This document shows positions 1 to 11,600 of a DNA stretch of 64,000 bases, piece by piece. The DNA comes from Hormiphora californensis. Its lineage: Eukaryota > Animalia > Ctenophora. The notes beneath the pieces were generated by a model. That model made no database searches. It had not been told where the DNA came from and saw nothing but the letters and a program-made list of their open reading frames with translations. Where the stretch lies: positions 2,666,001-2,730,000 of the forward strand of contig CM035359.1 of assembly GCA_020137815.1 (NCBI GenBank). The letters are read 5' to 3'. A program made the translations under genes and the position numbers. Each line of letters begins with the position of its first letter. Within the stretch, counting starts at the first letter, position 1.

Positions 1-79
1 GCCAATGCTCTGACAGCTGGTTGGAAGATAAGCTAGACTACTGGAAGATATGCTAATACTGTTGGAAGGTACTATGCTA

Positions 80-198
80 TGTTACTTTTGTTACTTTTGT
101 TACTTTTGTTACTTTTGTTACTTTTGTTACTTTTGTTACTTTTGTTACTTTTGTTACTTTTGTTACTTTTGTTACTTTTGTTACTTTTGTTACTTTTT
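80..198. repeat. 9-bp tandem repeat (TGTTACTTT)n, ~13 copies
   Basis: Directly visible perfect array. It explains the CYF/KVT/poly-L ORFs. Confidence 0.95.
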
Positions 199-320
199 GG
201 AGCTTCTCAAGCTCAGTTTCCTTGCAGGCCCAAACGGTTACAGTTGCCGGGAGGGTGTTCCAGAGACGAGGTGCCATCACTACGAAGCCATTTTCAAAGA
301 GTGACTCCGCTCGCCGACTG
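199..320 (-). mobile_element. Short remnant of a CR1/L2-type non-LTR retrotransposon ORF2 3' end
   Basis: Minus strand reads SLFENGFVVMAPRLWNTLPATV, resembling the C-terminal SF.V.APRLWN.LP motif of CR1/L2 ORF2. It runs into a short tandem-repeat tail. Confidence 0.45.
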
Positions 321-540
321 GGGTCTCACGTTGATGTAGTCGTTGAGTTTGTAGTCGCTTCCGGTATACACATTTCATTTCAATATCCCAGTCACTGAGC
401 CTTCACGACACTTTATAGGATCAAGTGGTCCTGCACCCCACACAAATTCGAAAAAACAAATAGGTAACAATTATTAACCCTTTTACAGTGTATATGTCAC
501 TTGAGGAAGCCTTTATTTATTTATGGTAAACCGTCAGACT

Positions 541-714
541 ATGTCAGGACATTTCAGATCGCTAAACTTGCTACTTTTCCTGATATGTATCCACCATGTT
601 ACCTCCGAGACACCCAACATCATTCTCATCATGGCGGATGATTTAGGGTATGCAGACATCACCCCTAACAACCCATCCAATCCCTTTACCCCCAACATAA
701 CCCGCCTCGCTAAT
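541..714 (+). CDS. Sulfatase (arylsulfatase-like), first coding exon; downstream exons lie in low-quality sequence
   Basis: MSGHFRSLNLLLFLICIHHVTS signal peptide, then the PNIILIMADDLG...TPNITRLA sulfatase N-terminal motif. GT follows at 715. Confidence 0.8.
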
Positions 715-729
715 GTAGGGGGGCACGGG

Positions 730-3700
730 TTTTGATCTTGGGGGCGGAAAAAAGGGGGGTTTAGATTTTCCACTTGGGGGGTGGAGGGGGAAGGGGGGGG
801 GTAGACCCCCTTTAAAAACTACTTCATGGAGGAGGTAGAATACAAAAAAAGAGGTGAGTTAGATCCCATACATAAAATGAGTAAAAACTAGTGAAATCCT
901 TTTACTTCACGGTTTGGGGCTCCATTCCCCGTCGAAACGTTCACTGCACCCCGGGGCTTCGCCAGATCTTTGCTTGGGCTTACACTGACTTTGGGGAGGA
1001 GAGATATAGTCTCTAGAAGGAGAGAGAGGAAGGGGAGAAGAAGAGAGAGAGAGAGGAGAAAGGAGAAGAGAAGAGAGAGGGAAGGAGAGGAGAGGAGGAG
1101 TAGAGAGAGAAGAGATTACTAAAAGGGAATTATCCTTTTATAGATAGATTTTTTGGGTTTTTGGGGGAAAAAGGATTTTAAAAAAAACCCCCTTTTTTTA
1201 AAAAAAAAAAACCCTCCCGGGAGTGCCAACAAAGGACCCCCCGCCCCTCCCTACCCTATCATTTGCTCATATCAATAAGGTTCATTCTATATCATTTTTT
1301 ATTTTTTGCTTGTTGTTTATGTTTTCCAGGGACACAAAAAGGACCCCACCCATCCCCTATATTCTCATATCAATAAGATCGTTCATTCTATATTCTTTTT
1401 GTTACGTTAAATTTTTTATGTTTTCCAGTTTTTCCCCATTGTGTGTGGGGAGGAGAGAGAGAGAGAGGGGGGGGGGGGATACTGAAAAAAGATGAGAAAA
1501 ACATGGGGTGAGGGGGAAAAAGGATGTTTGAAAATTCTTTTTTCCTCGGTTTTTCCCAATGCAGGCAAAAAAGACGCTATGAACTTTCGAATTTAAACCC
1601 AATTGTTTTTTCCCCGAAGGGGTTTCCCCCCAAAAAAAACCCTCCGAAAAACCCAACTCATTCTCATCATGGCAGATATTTAGGGTTGGGGACTCCCCCA
1701 AAAACCCAACCCCCCCCACCCCTTTTAAAACCCCCCCCAACTAACCCACCTCGCTAATGGGGGGAATCCGGTTCAGGACTACCCAGCGCTGCACCCGTAT
1801 GCCCCCCGATCGGGGTACATAGGGGTCAGCGCTGTCCCCGAGGGGGGTGGAATTTGACGGCGGCTCCCCAAAACGACGGGGAGTTTTTCAAATTTTGGCC
1901 CAAAGCTCAACTGGGGGTTTCCTCCCCGAAAGGAAAAATACGTTTGCACATTTTCAAAAAAAATAAAGGTTGCAACGGAGTCGTGGGGAAGGGGCATCGG
2001 GAATTACGGAAAATTTTTCACCCTCTCAGCCAGGATTTGACACTTATTTTGGCATCCCTTCTCAATGTATGGGCTGTTGACTGATGGACCTTTTTAAAAT
2101 GTAAAGATAATTTTCTTTTTGGGGGGGGAACAAGTGTGGGGTGTCTTCGTCCCAACCTCCGGGCATAATGCTGCCCTCTGTACGAAACAGAAAAATCTAC
2201 GAAAACCTGCAAACCCTTAACCAACTAACAAACACTCGTCGATTTTTCTAAAGGCTTCATTCGGCACGTGTATGGGAAAAAACCCTTTTTTTTCTGTATG
2301 CCCACGCAAAACCCCACGTCCCCCTAGCCACTGACCCAGTTCCAAAAATCCTCCGGGTGGGTCGCTTCCGGCCCTCTCAGGGGAAATTGTCACTTTTGTA
2401 GGAGAATTTTTGGTCTGTCTAGGGGTCTTGGTGTGTCTGAGGAGACCCTGCATTTTTTACTTCGATTGGGCCGTGGGAGTTAATGTGAGCGGCGGGGTCT
2501 CATTTCCCCTTTGTAGGAGAAACCAAAAAACTGCTTATGGGGGAGGCTCGACGGGAAAGAACGACCTGGGGGGGTGGCATGGGGTAAAACCTTTTCGCGT
2601 CCCTGGGGGGTAAAAAATAAACCGGGGACCTTTTCAAATGCGTTTCTCCAGCGCCATGGTTTACTTCCATCACGCTAAAAAATCTTTGGTTTTTCCCTAC
2701 AACAGACGAGTTTTTGACGGTTCCCCCTCGTTTTCCTCCAACCCCTTCCCCCCGGGTGTTATTCACCCTGCCCAAACTCCGGGAATTTTTGGGGGCATGA
2801 GGTGGAATACTGCAAAAATATTCGCTACCAATCCCAACCTGACTCATGGACACAAGGAACCGGTTTTGTTACCCACCCCCCTTGTGTTTTTTTATCTGCT
2901 ACCCGGAGTCCCCCCTCAAAAAATCTTACGGTGGGTTTCCAAACCCAATAAAATTTGGGAAAAAACCTTAAACCCCTTAATAAATTTTGGGGGAAGGGGG
3001 GGGTAAATGTTAATGTTAAGTGGTAAAAATGGGGGTTGCTCATTAATTGGCCCCTTATTCTTTTCAATCCCCTTTTTAAAATACAAACCCCCCCTGTTTT
3101 TCCCCTCCCAAACCCCTGTTGGGAAAAAAAACTACGGTCCCCACAAAAGGGGGTTAAAAAAAAATTTTTTTTTTTAAAAAAATTTTTTTTGTAATTAGTG
3201 ATTATTCTGTGTATCCTAATCTAGTTATGTTTTGGATTTTGGGTTTTTTTGGAAATTTTGTTTTTCAAAAATTCTTTCAGTTAAGGGATATGTGTTTTGG
3301 TTTTACCTGCGAGTAAATTTTTTCTTTCCCATTTTTTCTCTTCTGTCTTAAAGGCCCAGGGGTGGTAAAACCCCGGGGTAGGATGGAACGAGAATAATCA
3401 TATTATCCCCCTTTGACCAAAAAAAAAGGGGGGCAAAAAAAACTTGGGTTTTTTTTAGATAAAAAAACCCAAAACATTGAAATCAAGACTATATTTAATC
3501 GGGCATTTGAAATCAGAGACTATTTAAAAAAAAAAAGAAAATATTGAAAAAAAACAAAAAAAAAAAACAAAAACTATTTAAAAAAAAAATTTTTAAAAAA
3601 TTATTTGCAGGGGGCATATTGGAATCTAGATTAGAAAAGAGACTTTTGAATAAATAATTAAAATAAAACAAAAATTTTAAAAAGAAAATTTTTTAAAAAA

Positions 3701-4700
3701 AAAAAAAAAGAAAAAAAAAGAGAAAAAAAAAAAGAAAAAGGGAAAAAAAGAAGAAGAGGGGGGGGGAAAATTTTTGGGGAGAATTTGTTTTGGTCCTCCT
3801 TTCTTTCCCCAAAACTTTTTTTTTTTTTTCTTTTTTTTCCTATATTTTTTCCTTTTTTTTTTTTTTTTTAAAAAAGGGGGGGGGGGGGGGAAAAAAAAAA
3901 AAAAAAAATTTTTTTTTTTTCTTCTCTCCTCTTCTCTTTCTCTCTTTCTCTTCTCCTTCTTCTTCTCCCCTCTCCCTCCCCTTCCCTTTCCTTTCCTGCC
4001 TCTTTTCCCTTTTTTTTCCCTTTCCTTTTTCCCTTCCCCCTTTTTCTCTTTTTTTTTCTCCTTCTTTTTTCCCCCCCCCCCTTTTTTTTTTTTCCTTTTT
4101 TTTTTTTTCCCAAAGATTGGGTAATCTCCGGGTTTTATTTTCCCTTTCTTTACCCCTTCCCCCTTTACTCCGTTTGTTTTATTTCCCTTTTGATTGGACC
4201 CCCGGATTTTTGTTCCTGAAAGGGGGGGGGGCCCCCCTTTTTATTGGATTTTCCCCGAAAATTTTTAACTAATTATTTTTTAAAAAAATTTTTGATAAGG
4301 GTTTAAAAAAAAAAAGTGGGGTTTTTCCCTTTCCCCGGTGTTTAATTTTTAAAACTTCCCGACCCCCTAACCTGGGATTTGTTTTCCCCCATTTCCCCTT
4401 TTTCCCCCTTTAAAGGCCCCGCTTGCCTTGAAAAAATGTCCGCCACTCGCGTCTCCTTCTTCTCTCTCGTGCTCTCTCTAGTCTCTCTCTCCTCTCTCTC
4501 TCTCCTCCTCTCTCTCTCTCTCTCTTCCTCCCTCTTCTCTCGCTCTCTCTCTCATCTCCTCTCTCATGAGGGAGTGATGCTGATCTCGATCGCGCGTGTA
4601 GAGAGCGTCTGCTCGCTCTCTCTCTCATCTCGGATCATCGTATGTATTTTCATCTCTTGCTCTTATGTCTTATGACTCAATAGTATTACCACTTGTAGTG
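730..4700. other. Low-quality, homopolymer-inflated consensus
   Basis: Extreme A/T/G/C runs, microsatellites decaying into runs, and a recognisable gene shredded by indels. Confidence 0.75.
1651..2720 (+). pseudogene. Error-ridden or degraded sulfatase sequence (second copy of the N-terminus plus active-site-like fragments)
   Basis: 1651-1760 aligns by eye to 552-714 (cccaac..attctcatcatggc.gat...ctcgctaatg). It continues into a frameshifted LANGGIRF..AAPVC.P.R-like segment (CxPxR), with later HG.F/FPY-like pieces. Heavy homopolymer noise. Confidence 0.45.
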
Positions 4701-4977
4701 TAGTTAGTTGACCCCACTCTATTGATCCCTGGATGTTGTATGTTCCCTGACCTATGGATCCCTATTGTTATGTTCCTTCAGGGAGTGGGGATTTGTGTCA
4801 TTGTTGGTAACTTTCCTAAAGGGAAAAGGGGTTATGTACCTTTTCATGCGTTCCTAAGAAATTGTTAGTTAGGGTGGATAACAAGGAACGTGGGTTTGAG
4901 CATTTCGCAAGGTTGGCTTACGTCAGTGTGCTATGTCACCACCATGCCGTCCCTTACCCCCATGTTCCATGTTTACC

Positions 4978-5333
4978 TTATCCGTTTTTAAGGCCAGTAA
5001 TAACAAGCTCTGAGAAGGCCCTGTACTCCACCTGTTCCTTGAAACTAATAGTAAACCGCTCACTATACTCCGTGCTATTGGTATCTATCTCTGTACCGTT
5101 TACATACCACTTAATCTGAAAACATGAAGAATGTTGATGAAGAGGTACTTAACAAAAAGTCGCCTGTGTCTGCTAACAGCACCACTTGTAGTGGAAAAAA
5201 AGGTTTTGAAAAACGGTACGCAGACGCACCTCGGTAGGTAAGGGTTTTGCGTCTGCAGTACATTCCACTGTGGCTGTTCCGTCCACTGTGACAGTGTAGC
5301 TGCTTTGTGCCATTGACATGACAATGGCTTTCT
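4978..5333 (-). CDS. Two additional Ig-domain exons (5333-5230 and 5115-~4978), probably the sixth Ig of a long isoform of the upstream Ig gene
   Basis: (E)KAIVMSMAQSSYTVTVDGTATVECTADAKPLPTE | IKWYVNGTEIDTNSTEYSERFTISFKEQVEYRAFSELVITGLK. Canonical AG/GT and a phase-0 junction between them. The frame is lost where sequence quality drops. Confidence 0.75.
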
Positions 5334-5896
5334 CTGCAAACATAGGGATGTAAATTATTGTCTGGTTTTTGAGTGCCAATATTTAAATTTTGTAACGCTG
5401 TACTTGCAGATCAATTAATCTTGTAATCAGGTAGATCACGGGATAATTTTATTTGATAAACATGACACATTTCTGTACATTCGGACCCTGATTCACCGGG
5501 GACGCGAAAGAAAGGATTCCTCACGGTAAATTGGGGTTCCAGTAAATAGGGGTCCTATAATTGTACATTGAACATGGTGGAAATTAGATCCGTGCCTCTG
5601 ATTGAATCTATTGATGGTAAACGGATTGGATTGTACGGGTGGGGTAGCTGGGAGGGGTCTATACCCCCCTCTTTAACTAAAATAACATTGCCCCAATCAC
5701 GACGTGGTCCCCTACAATCCAAACACAGCTTGTCATCTGTGTGCGTTTTCTAAGAAAACCGGGCTGATATCGACCGAGCACTGCAATCATAGCTTGTCTG
5801 GCGGCACCTACCCGATCTAATCACACTGTCGAACCGTGGTCGGCACCTTCAAATAGTAATCATCCAAGCATAAAAACATTCATTGATTGATGGTAT

Positions 5897-6120
5897 AGGG
5901 GAGAAACAGTCGTGCCTGAATCTCAGGTTCAAGACACAGCTATTTAACACTGAGATCTCAAGGCTCAGTGACGGCTGTTCCCAGGTTCCCTGTGATTTCA
6001 GGGAAATTTTCAGGGAATAGCCTAGTGGCCTAAGATATAACCATGAAACCTCAGGTCTCAGGGATAAATAGCCTTGACCTGAACCAGGAACCTGAGGTTC
6101 AGTCAGGACTGTTTCCCCCA
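5897..6120. mobile_element. MITE with ~45-bp imperfect terminal inverted repeats; a related left end lies at ~17360-17420
   Basis: GGGGAGAAACAGTCGTGCCTGAATCTCAGGTTC ... GAACCTGAGGTTCAGTCAGGACTGTTTCCCCC. Confidence 0.7.
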
Positions 6121-8159
6121 TGATTAGTACCACTGGAATCGTCATTTCACACATGCTTCACAGCTTATACCCACGTTGAGTTAGTAACGCCTCATCAACG
6201 AGCTATTTATATTATGTTTCTCGCTAACTATCCTAGCAGTATAGTAGTTGAAATATATTCTGCTTCGCGGTATGCTGTGATTCCATATAAATCCATAGAA
6301 GAGAGCTGCAGGTTTAATCGGATTTGTACCCCGATCATCCCTCCTGGGAGATTCTACTAGGTTGCTGCTGCTGCTGCTGCTAGGGTGTCATGTGATACCG
6401 GTATCGTGCTGTGATTGGTCGGTGAGATTCTCGATCTTGCTTCTCATTGGTCAGTGTTGATCACGTGACCTATGAAATTTGGTTACATTTCCTTAAATTT
6501 CGATCTGCCACCAACGATGCGCAGATCTCTTCCCATCGATCAAAGCGGGAGAGTTCAGTTTTTACTATTTAGTTTGGGTGTGTGATATGAAATATTCTAT
6601 GAAACAAAACTGACAGACATATTCTTTCAAAGTACGATTGAAACTCGGCTATTTTTTGTGTACGAATGAAAATCTATAAATATATGTATACTGTCAGTGT
6701 CACATAATAACGAAAATAAGAACAAAAAAACATCTTGATCTTTCGTCACACGTCTTCTTACACACAAACAGACAATCTGCACTAACGCAAACTCACTCTT
6801 TTTTTCACTTATGCATATTATATCGCTTGTCGGTTCAAACATATATTGGAGCTATACATATATTGGAAGGAGCAATTTTGACTGCTCCTTTATAAAAACA
6901 TCTGTTCAAAACCAATACATATATTGTAGCTCTCAGTCTCGTTTTTGGAATAATAAATCTGTAAAATACAAAATTAAAATTTCATTTACACACGTAGTGG
7001 TGAACTGAATAATAAATCTCTCTCTATTTAACCCAAGCTGATCCCGATTATATCATGGAATACATGGGCCTCTAAATGATGTCATAATTTAAACATTTTC
7101 GACAACATTAACAAAACAGCTAGGCTATCGGTAGATATAAAACCACTTGCTCCAAAGCTGTCCTAAAAACACAGGTGGGACATAACAGAGTTATACTGGC
7201 ATTATATATAGAATATGATAAACTCACAACACTCTCTCAAACGACAGACAGACAGACAGACATACAGACAGACAGACAGCACGCGTGTGTAAGAACACAT
7301 AATACGCGTCCTATTTTTCAACAAGTTCAGAGTTCAAATAATGAAGTATATACAGTAGCTATTTTGGAGGGTTAATTACAATGTAATTAATGTGTAATTA
7401 CACACCCTCATCGTCCCTTTCTCTCTCTCTCTCTCCGGGTTTAGCTGTCCAAAATATAAAATAAATACTAACAGAGTCTTTTCAGCAGCTTAGAGAGAGA
7501 TACATATCTCGACATCTTTATCCACGCTATGATAGTGTCTTTCATTGATAATATCCCAAATTAACATCCTTTCTACCTCCCGTGTGTGCATGTGTTAGAG
7601 AGAGATGTGGGCTAGAGATCCCTGCCCATTAATACACAGCTGATCTTCCCTCTCGGTCTGTAGGAGTCTGTCAGTCGGTTTATCAGCCTGTCTGTAGGAG
7701 TCAGTCAGTCAGTCAGTCAGTAAGTCTGTCACTTGTCAGTCAGTCGTTCTGTTGGTTGATGCTTTGTCTTTGTCGGCGTTAGCTGCTTTGGGCTCCAAAC
7801 ACAGAAGAAAAAAAACAGAAAAAACGGTTGGCACAGCAAAATCAGATAAGGGATCAAATCACAAGCAGACCACCAGGCAACGATAATTTGTTGCTGGGGG
7901 CCCCCTAGCAACGATGATTTGTTGCTAGGGGCAACGGATTCTAATCATTCACAAACAACACAAATTAATACCCGAGGGAGAAGATTGAGTAACATTCAAC
8001 AAACAGTGACATGAGCATGATCATGTTGGGTAAAAGTGGGGTGAATTAGGGCCTTTTCAGACAATATTATTAAGCCTCGTCTAGAAAGGCCAGTTTAGTG
8101 CTTCAATAAAAGGATGAATTGTGAGTATGTAGCGGCAGCAGCAGCAGCAATGTATCATA

Positions 8160-8215
8160 CAGTAAAACCTCGATTTACCCGACTTTCCGAGGTCTGGTAA
8201 ATCGAGGTTTGACTG
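8160..8215. mobile_element. Tiny TA-flanked pogo/Tc1-type MITE
   Basis: TA-CAGTAAAACCTCGATTTACC...GGTAAATCGAGGTTTGACTG-TA. Confidence 0.7.
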
Positions 8216-8656
8216 TAATATGTGCAGAGTAAGGGAACATGTTAACCCTTAAATTCCGGGTTTTTTGTCAGTGTCGCACTGTCGAGAGCTTCATCAATTG
8301 GAGAGAGGGAAGACCAAACCTGTATATTAAAGGCTAGATAGATCTGTAGAGCCCCAATCCTCTAAATCACACACACACACACACACGACACACACACTTT
8401 ATTCCTATATTTCACACCCTAGAAATGCACCCTCTTTCTGACCTTGTCCGTTTCAGACTCTCTCTCTCTCTCACTCTCTCTCTCTCTTTCCAAATAACTT
8501 AACTTAACACGATTGTGCATCTTCTAACACAGCTCATCTCACGTCCCATTCTGACCCATCTTATATCACACAACTCTCCCTCTTACTGCATCACACATAT
8601 TTCAGATCTCACACTGATCCCCCTCACAAAAAGTGAGAGCAGCTGTAGACCTCCCC

Positions 8657-11600
8657 TCACAACATGGCCAGGATAAGTGAGAGCAATAAGCCCAGTATTG
8701 TTCTAGAAGACCCCGATGAGGCGCCATTTTCTTTCACCTGGTATTCTATCTCATTACCAATTGTCAGCGTGACGTCATCTGTAGCGCGGTGCGAGTAGTC
8801 ATCTGAGCTGGCTGAGTTGTCCATGGTTTGGGATGTTGCTGTGCACGTGTACACTCCCCCGTCCTCAAAAGCAATGTTTTTGATGGTGAGTTGGTGGGTT
8901 GTGCCAGAGTTGATGACGTAGGGAGAGGAGGAGGAGTCCGTGTTGGAGATGGTTTTGCCACCTGGGAGGGAGTGGGGTGTTGTTAGGGGCAGTTATTAGG
9001 GAGTGGGGAGTTGTTAGGGAGTGGCGTGTTGTTAGGAAGTTGTTAGGGAGTGGGGAGTTGTTAGGGAGTTGTTAGGGAGTTGTTGGGGTGTTGGTGTTAG
9101 GGGGAGTTGATGACGTAGGGAGAGGAGGAGGAGTCCGTGTTGGAGATGGTTTTTCCACCTGGGAGGGAGTGGGGTGTTGTTAGGGGGAGTTGTTAGGGAG
9201 TGGGGAGTTGTTAGGGAGTGGGGAGTTGTTAGGGAGTGAGGTGTTGTTAGGGAGTGGGGTGTTGCTAGGGAGTTGTTAGGGAGTGGGGTGTTGTTAGGTA
9301 GTTGTTAGGGTGTTGTTAGGGAGTTGGGTGTTGTTAGGGAGTTGTTAGGCAGTGGGGTGTTGTTAGGGAGTGGGGTGTTGTTAGGGAGTGGGGTGTTGTT
9401 ATAGGGTGTTGTTAGGGAGTTGTGATGGAGTGGGGAGTTGTTAAGATTTTCATGAAACGGGAAGGAGGGGAATTGTTAGGTTGTTGTTGCCTCAAAATCG
9501 TAGAAATAGTGCAGGCGAAAAATTAATTGTTTCTAACTTTCTGGATTGGGAGTGGCCCTTTGTAGAAAATAGGTGTAAATTGAAATGACATGACAGCGGA
9601 TAGACAAAGGAGGAAGAGACAGAGGTGGTGGTAATAGATTTCAGATTTTATTGAGAATTTGAACTATGTAACCCCCTAGTAGCTAATCTCAGGTAACCCC
9701 TCAGTAACCCCCCTAGTAACCCCTAATAACCCCTAATAACCTCCTAGCAACCTCCTGGTAACCCTCCTAGCAACCTCCTAGCATCCTCCTGGTAACCCCC
9801 TAGTAATCCCATAGTAACTCACCGAATGACCACGTTACATCGGGGTAAGGGTAACCAGTAACTGCACATGATAACACTGCATCTGTCTCAACAACAGTTA
9901 CATCAGCTGACGCTTTAGCTGTCACTTTTTCTGGGGGGAGATAGATGGGGTTCAGATTTTATAGAACAATTCAGGTTGTGGCTTGTCACTCCGTGATTAA
10001 CATGGTTACTATGGTAACGGTCCCCTTGGTAACCGAATTGGTAACCATGGTAACTAACCAGTAATCATAACAAAAGTCATCTTCTGTTTCCAGTGTCCCT
10101 CGTTGAACGCCACACACTGATAGACACCACTATCCTGACTGTCGTATGATTTGAAGGCCAACCCCGAGTTGGGGGTGTAGGTGTAACGATCGGAAGATTC
10201 CAGGAGGTCGCCGTTCTTCAGGAACCTAGGGGAAGGAGTGTTAGATTTTGGGTGAAAGGGGGTTAGATGGTTAGATTTAGGAACCTGGGGACGATTTGTT
10301 GGCAAGTGAGAAAGAAAGGGGTAGAGTAAGAAAGACAGTATATGCTGCAGTACCCCTGATGATATTTGCGAGATGAATATCATGACATAATATATGGGAC
10401 AAAGTGCAGGAATTTCACCAGCAGACAGGACCATGATGTAATGAATGAGGTTATAGGGGGGGGGGGGGGCCAAAATGAATTCTTTCAGGCCCCCGTAATC
10501 AGCTGCCGCGTGTTTGCGAAAGAGGTATTGAGTTAGTGTGGCAAGTGATCCGGGGCCCGGGGGGCCTAGAAAAATAGGATTATAAAAACTATATTATAGG
10601 TTACAACATAAACGACGAGCCTGTCGTATATAGGCTACAACATACTATGTAATTGAATCATTTGTTACAACATGGGACACTCTTATATCATTAGGTCCGC
10701 CAGTGGAATTACTCGTCCCGGCCTGCTCCTAACTGGGAGGAGGGGAACATGTCCCCCCTTCTTGGATGAAACACACGGAACAACTTCACAGCTCGAAGAG
10801 ATCATTACCCCCAGTGTCACAATCTTTCTCTCACCTAAAGCCCCCCCCCCCCCCCCCCCCCGTGTCACCTCCATTCACAGTACCGAGTTTCACATCATAC
10901 CTGACTTGTTCTGCACCGGTTGCCGAGCACGGGATGTTGATAGTACCAGGGCTACTACTGTAGACATCGTGGGAGTAAAGGGATCCGGGAGCGTCAGTAA
11001 TGGTAATATCGGCTGTACTAGCTGAGAGAGAGAGAGAGTGGTGATTAGAGGGATATTAAAAAGGGAAGAGATGTGAGAAAAGGAATAGAGCTAAGCAGCT
11101 ACTGTAGACAAACTAGAGCTTGATCTAAACTTACATGCAGCGTTAACGGTTGCTGTAATATGGCTAGATGTAGTTCCTTTGGTGTTAGTGCACTCGCACT
11201 TGTACAAATCTGCATCACTCTCTTGGGCGTTCGTTATTGAGACCTGTGGGAGGGAACATGTGAGGGGGAGCGGGGCTGTGGGGGCTTGAGAAACCAACTT
11301 TCTTACAACTTTAGGCCTCGACAACTGATCCTCTACCATATTTATGATGTTTTTCATCGGTAAGTTCTACCTAAAACGAGTAAACCTGTTAATCAAGGTA
11401 ATTAGCTGTTACCTTTCGACCGTGATCTGATACAGTTATCCTGCTTGAAGAGGTGTCTAGGGAGTTCTCACCCTTCTCCCACTGATACGTCATATCGGTA
11501 GGGTGACCAACACCAAAACAATACAACTCAAGAGTGTTTCCTGGAATGGTTAAATTATTAGATTATCAAAATGAACAATAAATTTATTGGGCTGAAGCCT

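Noticed and set aside
8962-9445. Interstitial telomere (TTAGGG)
   Set aside because: TTAGGG occurs only inside longer degenerate units derived from intron 3' sequence, never as tandem hexamers.
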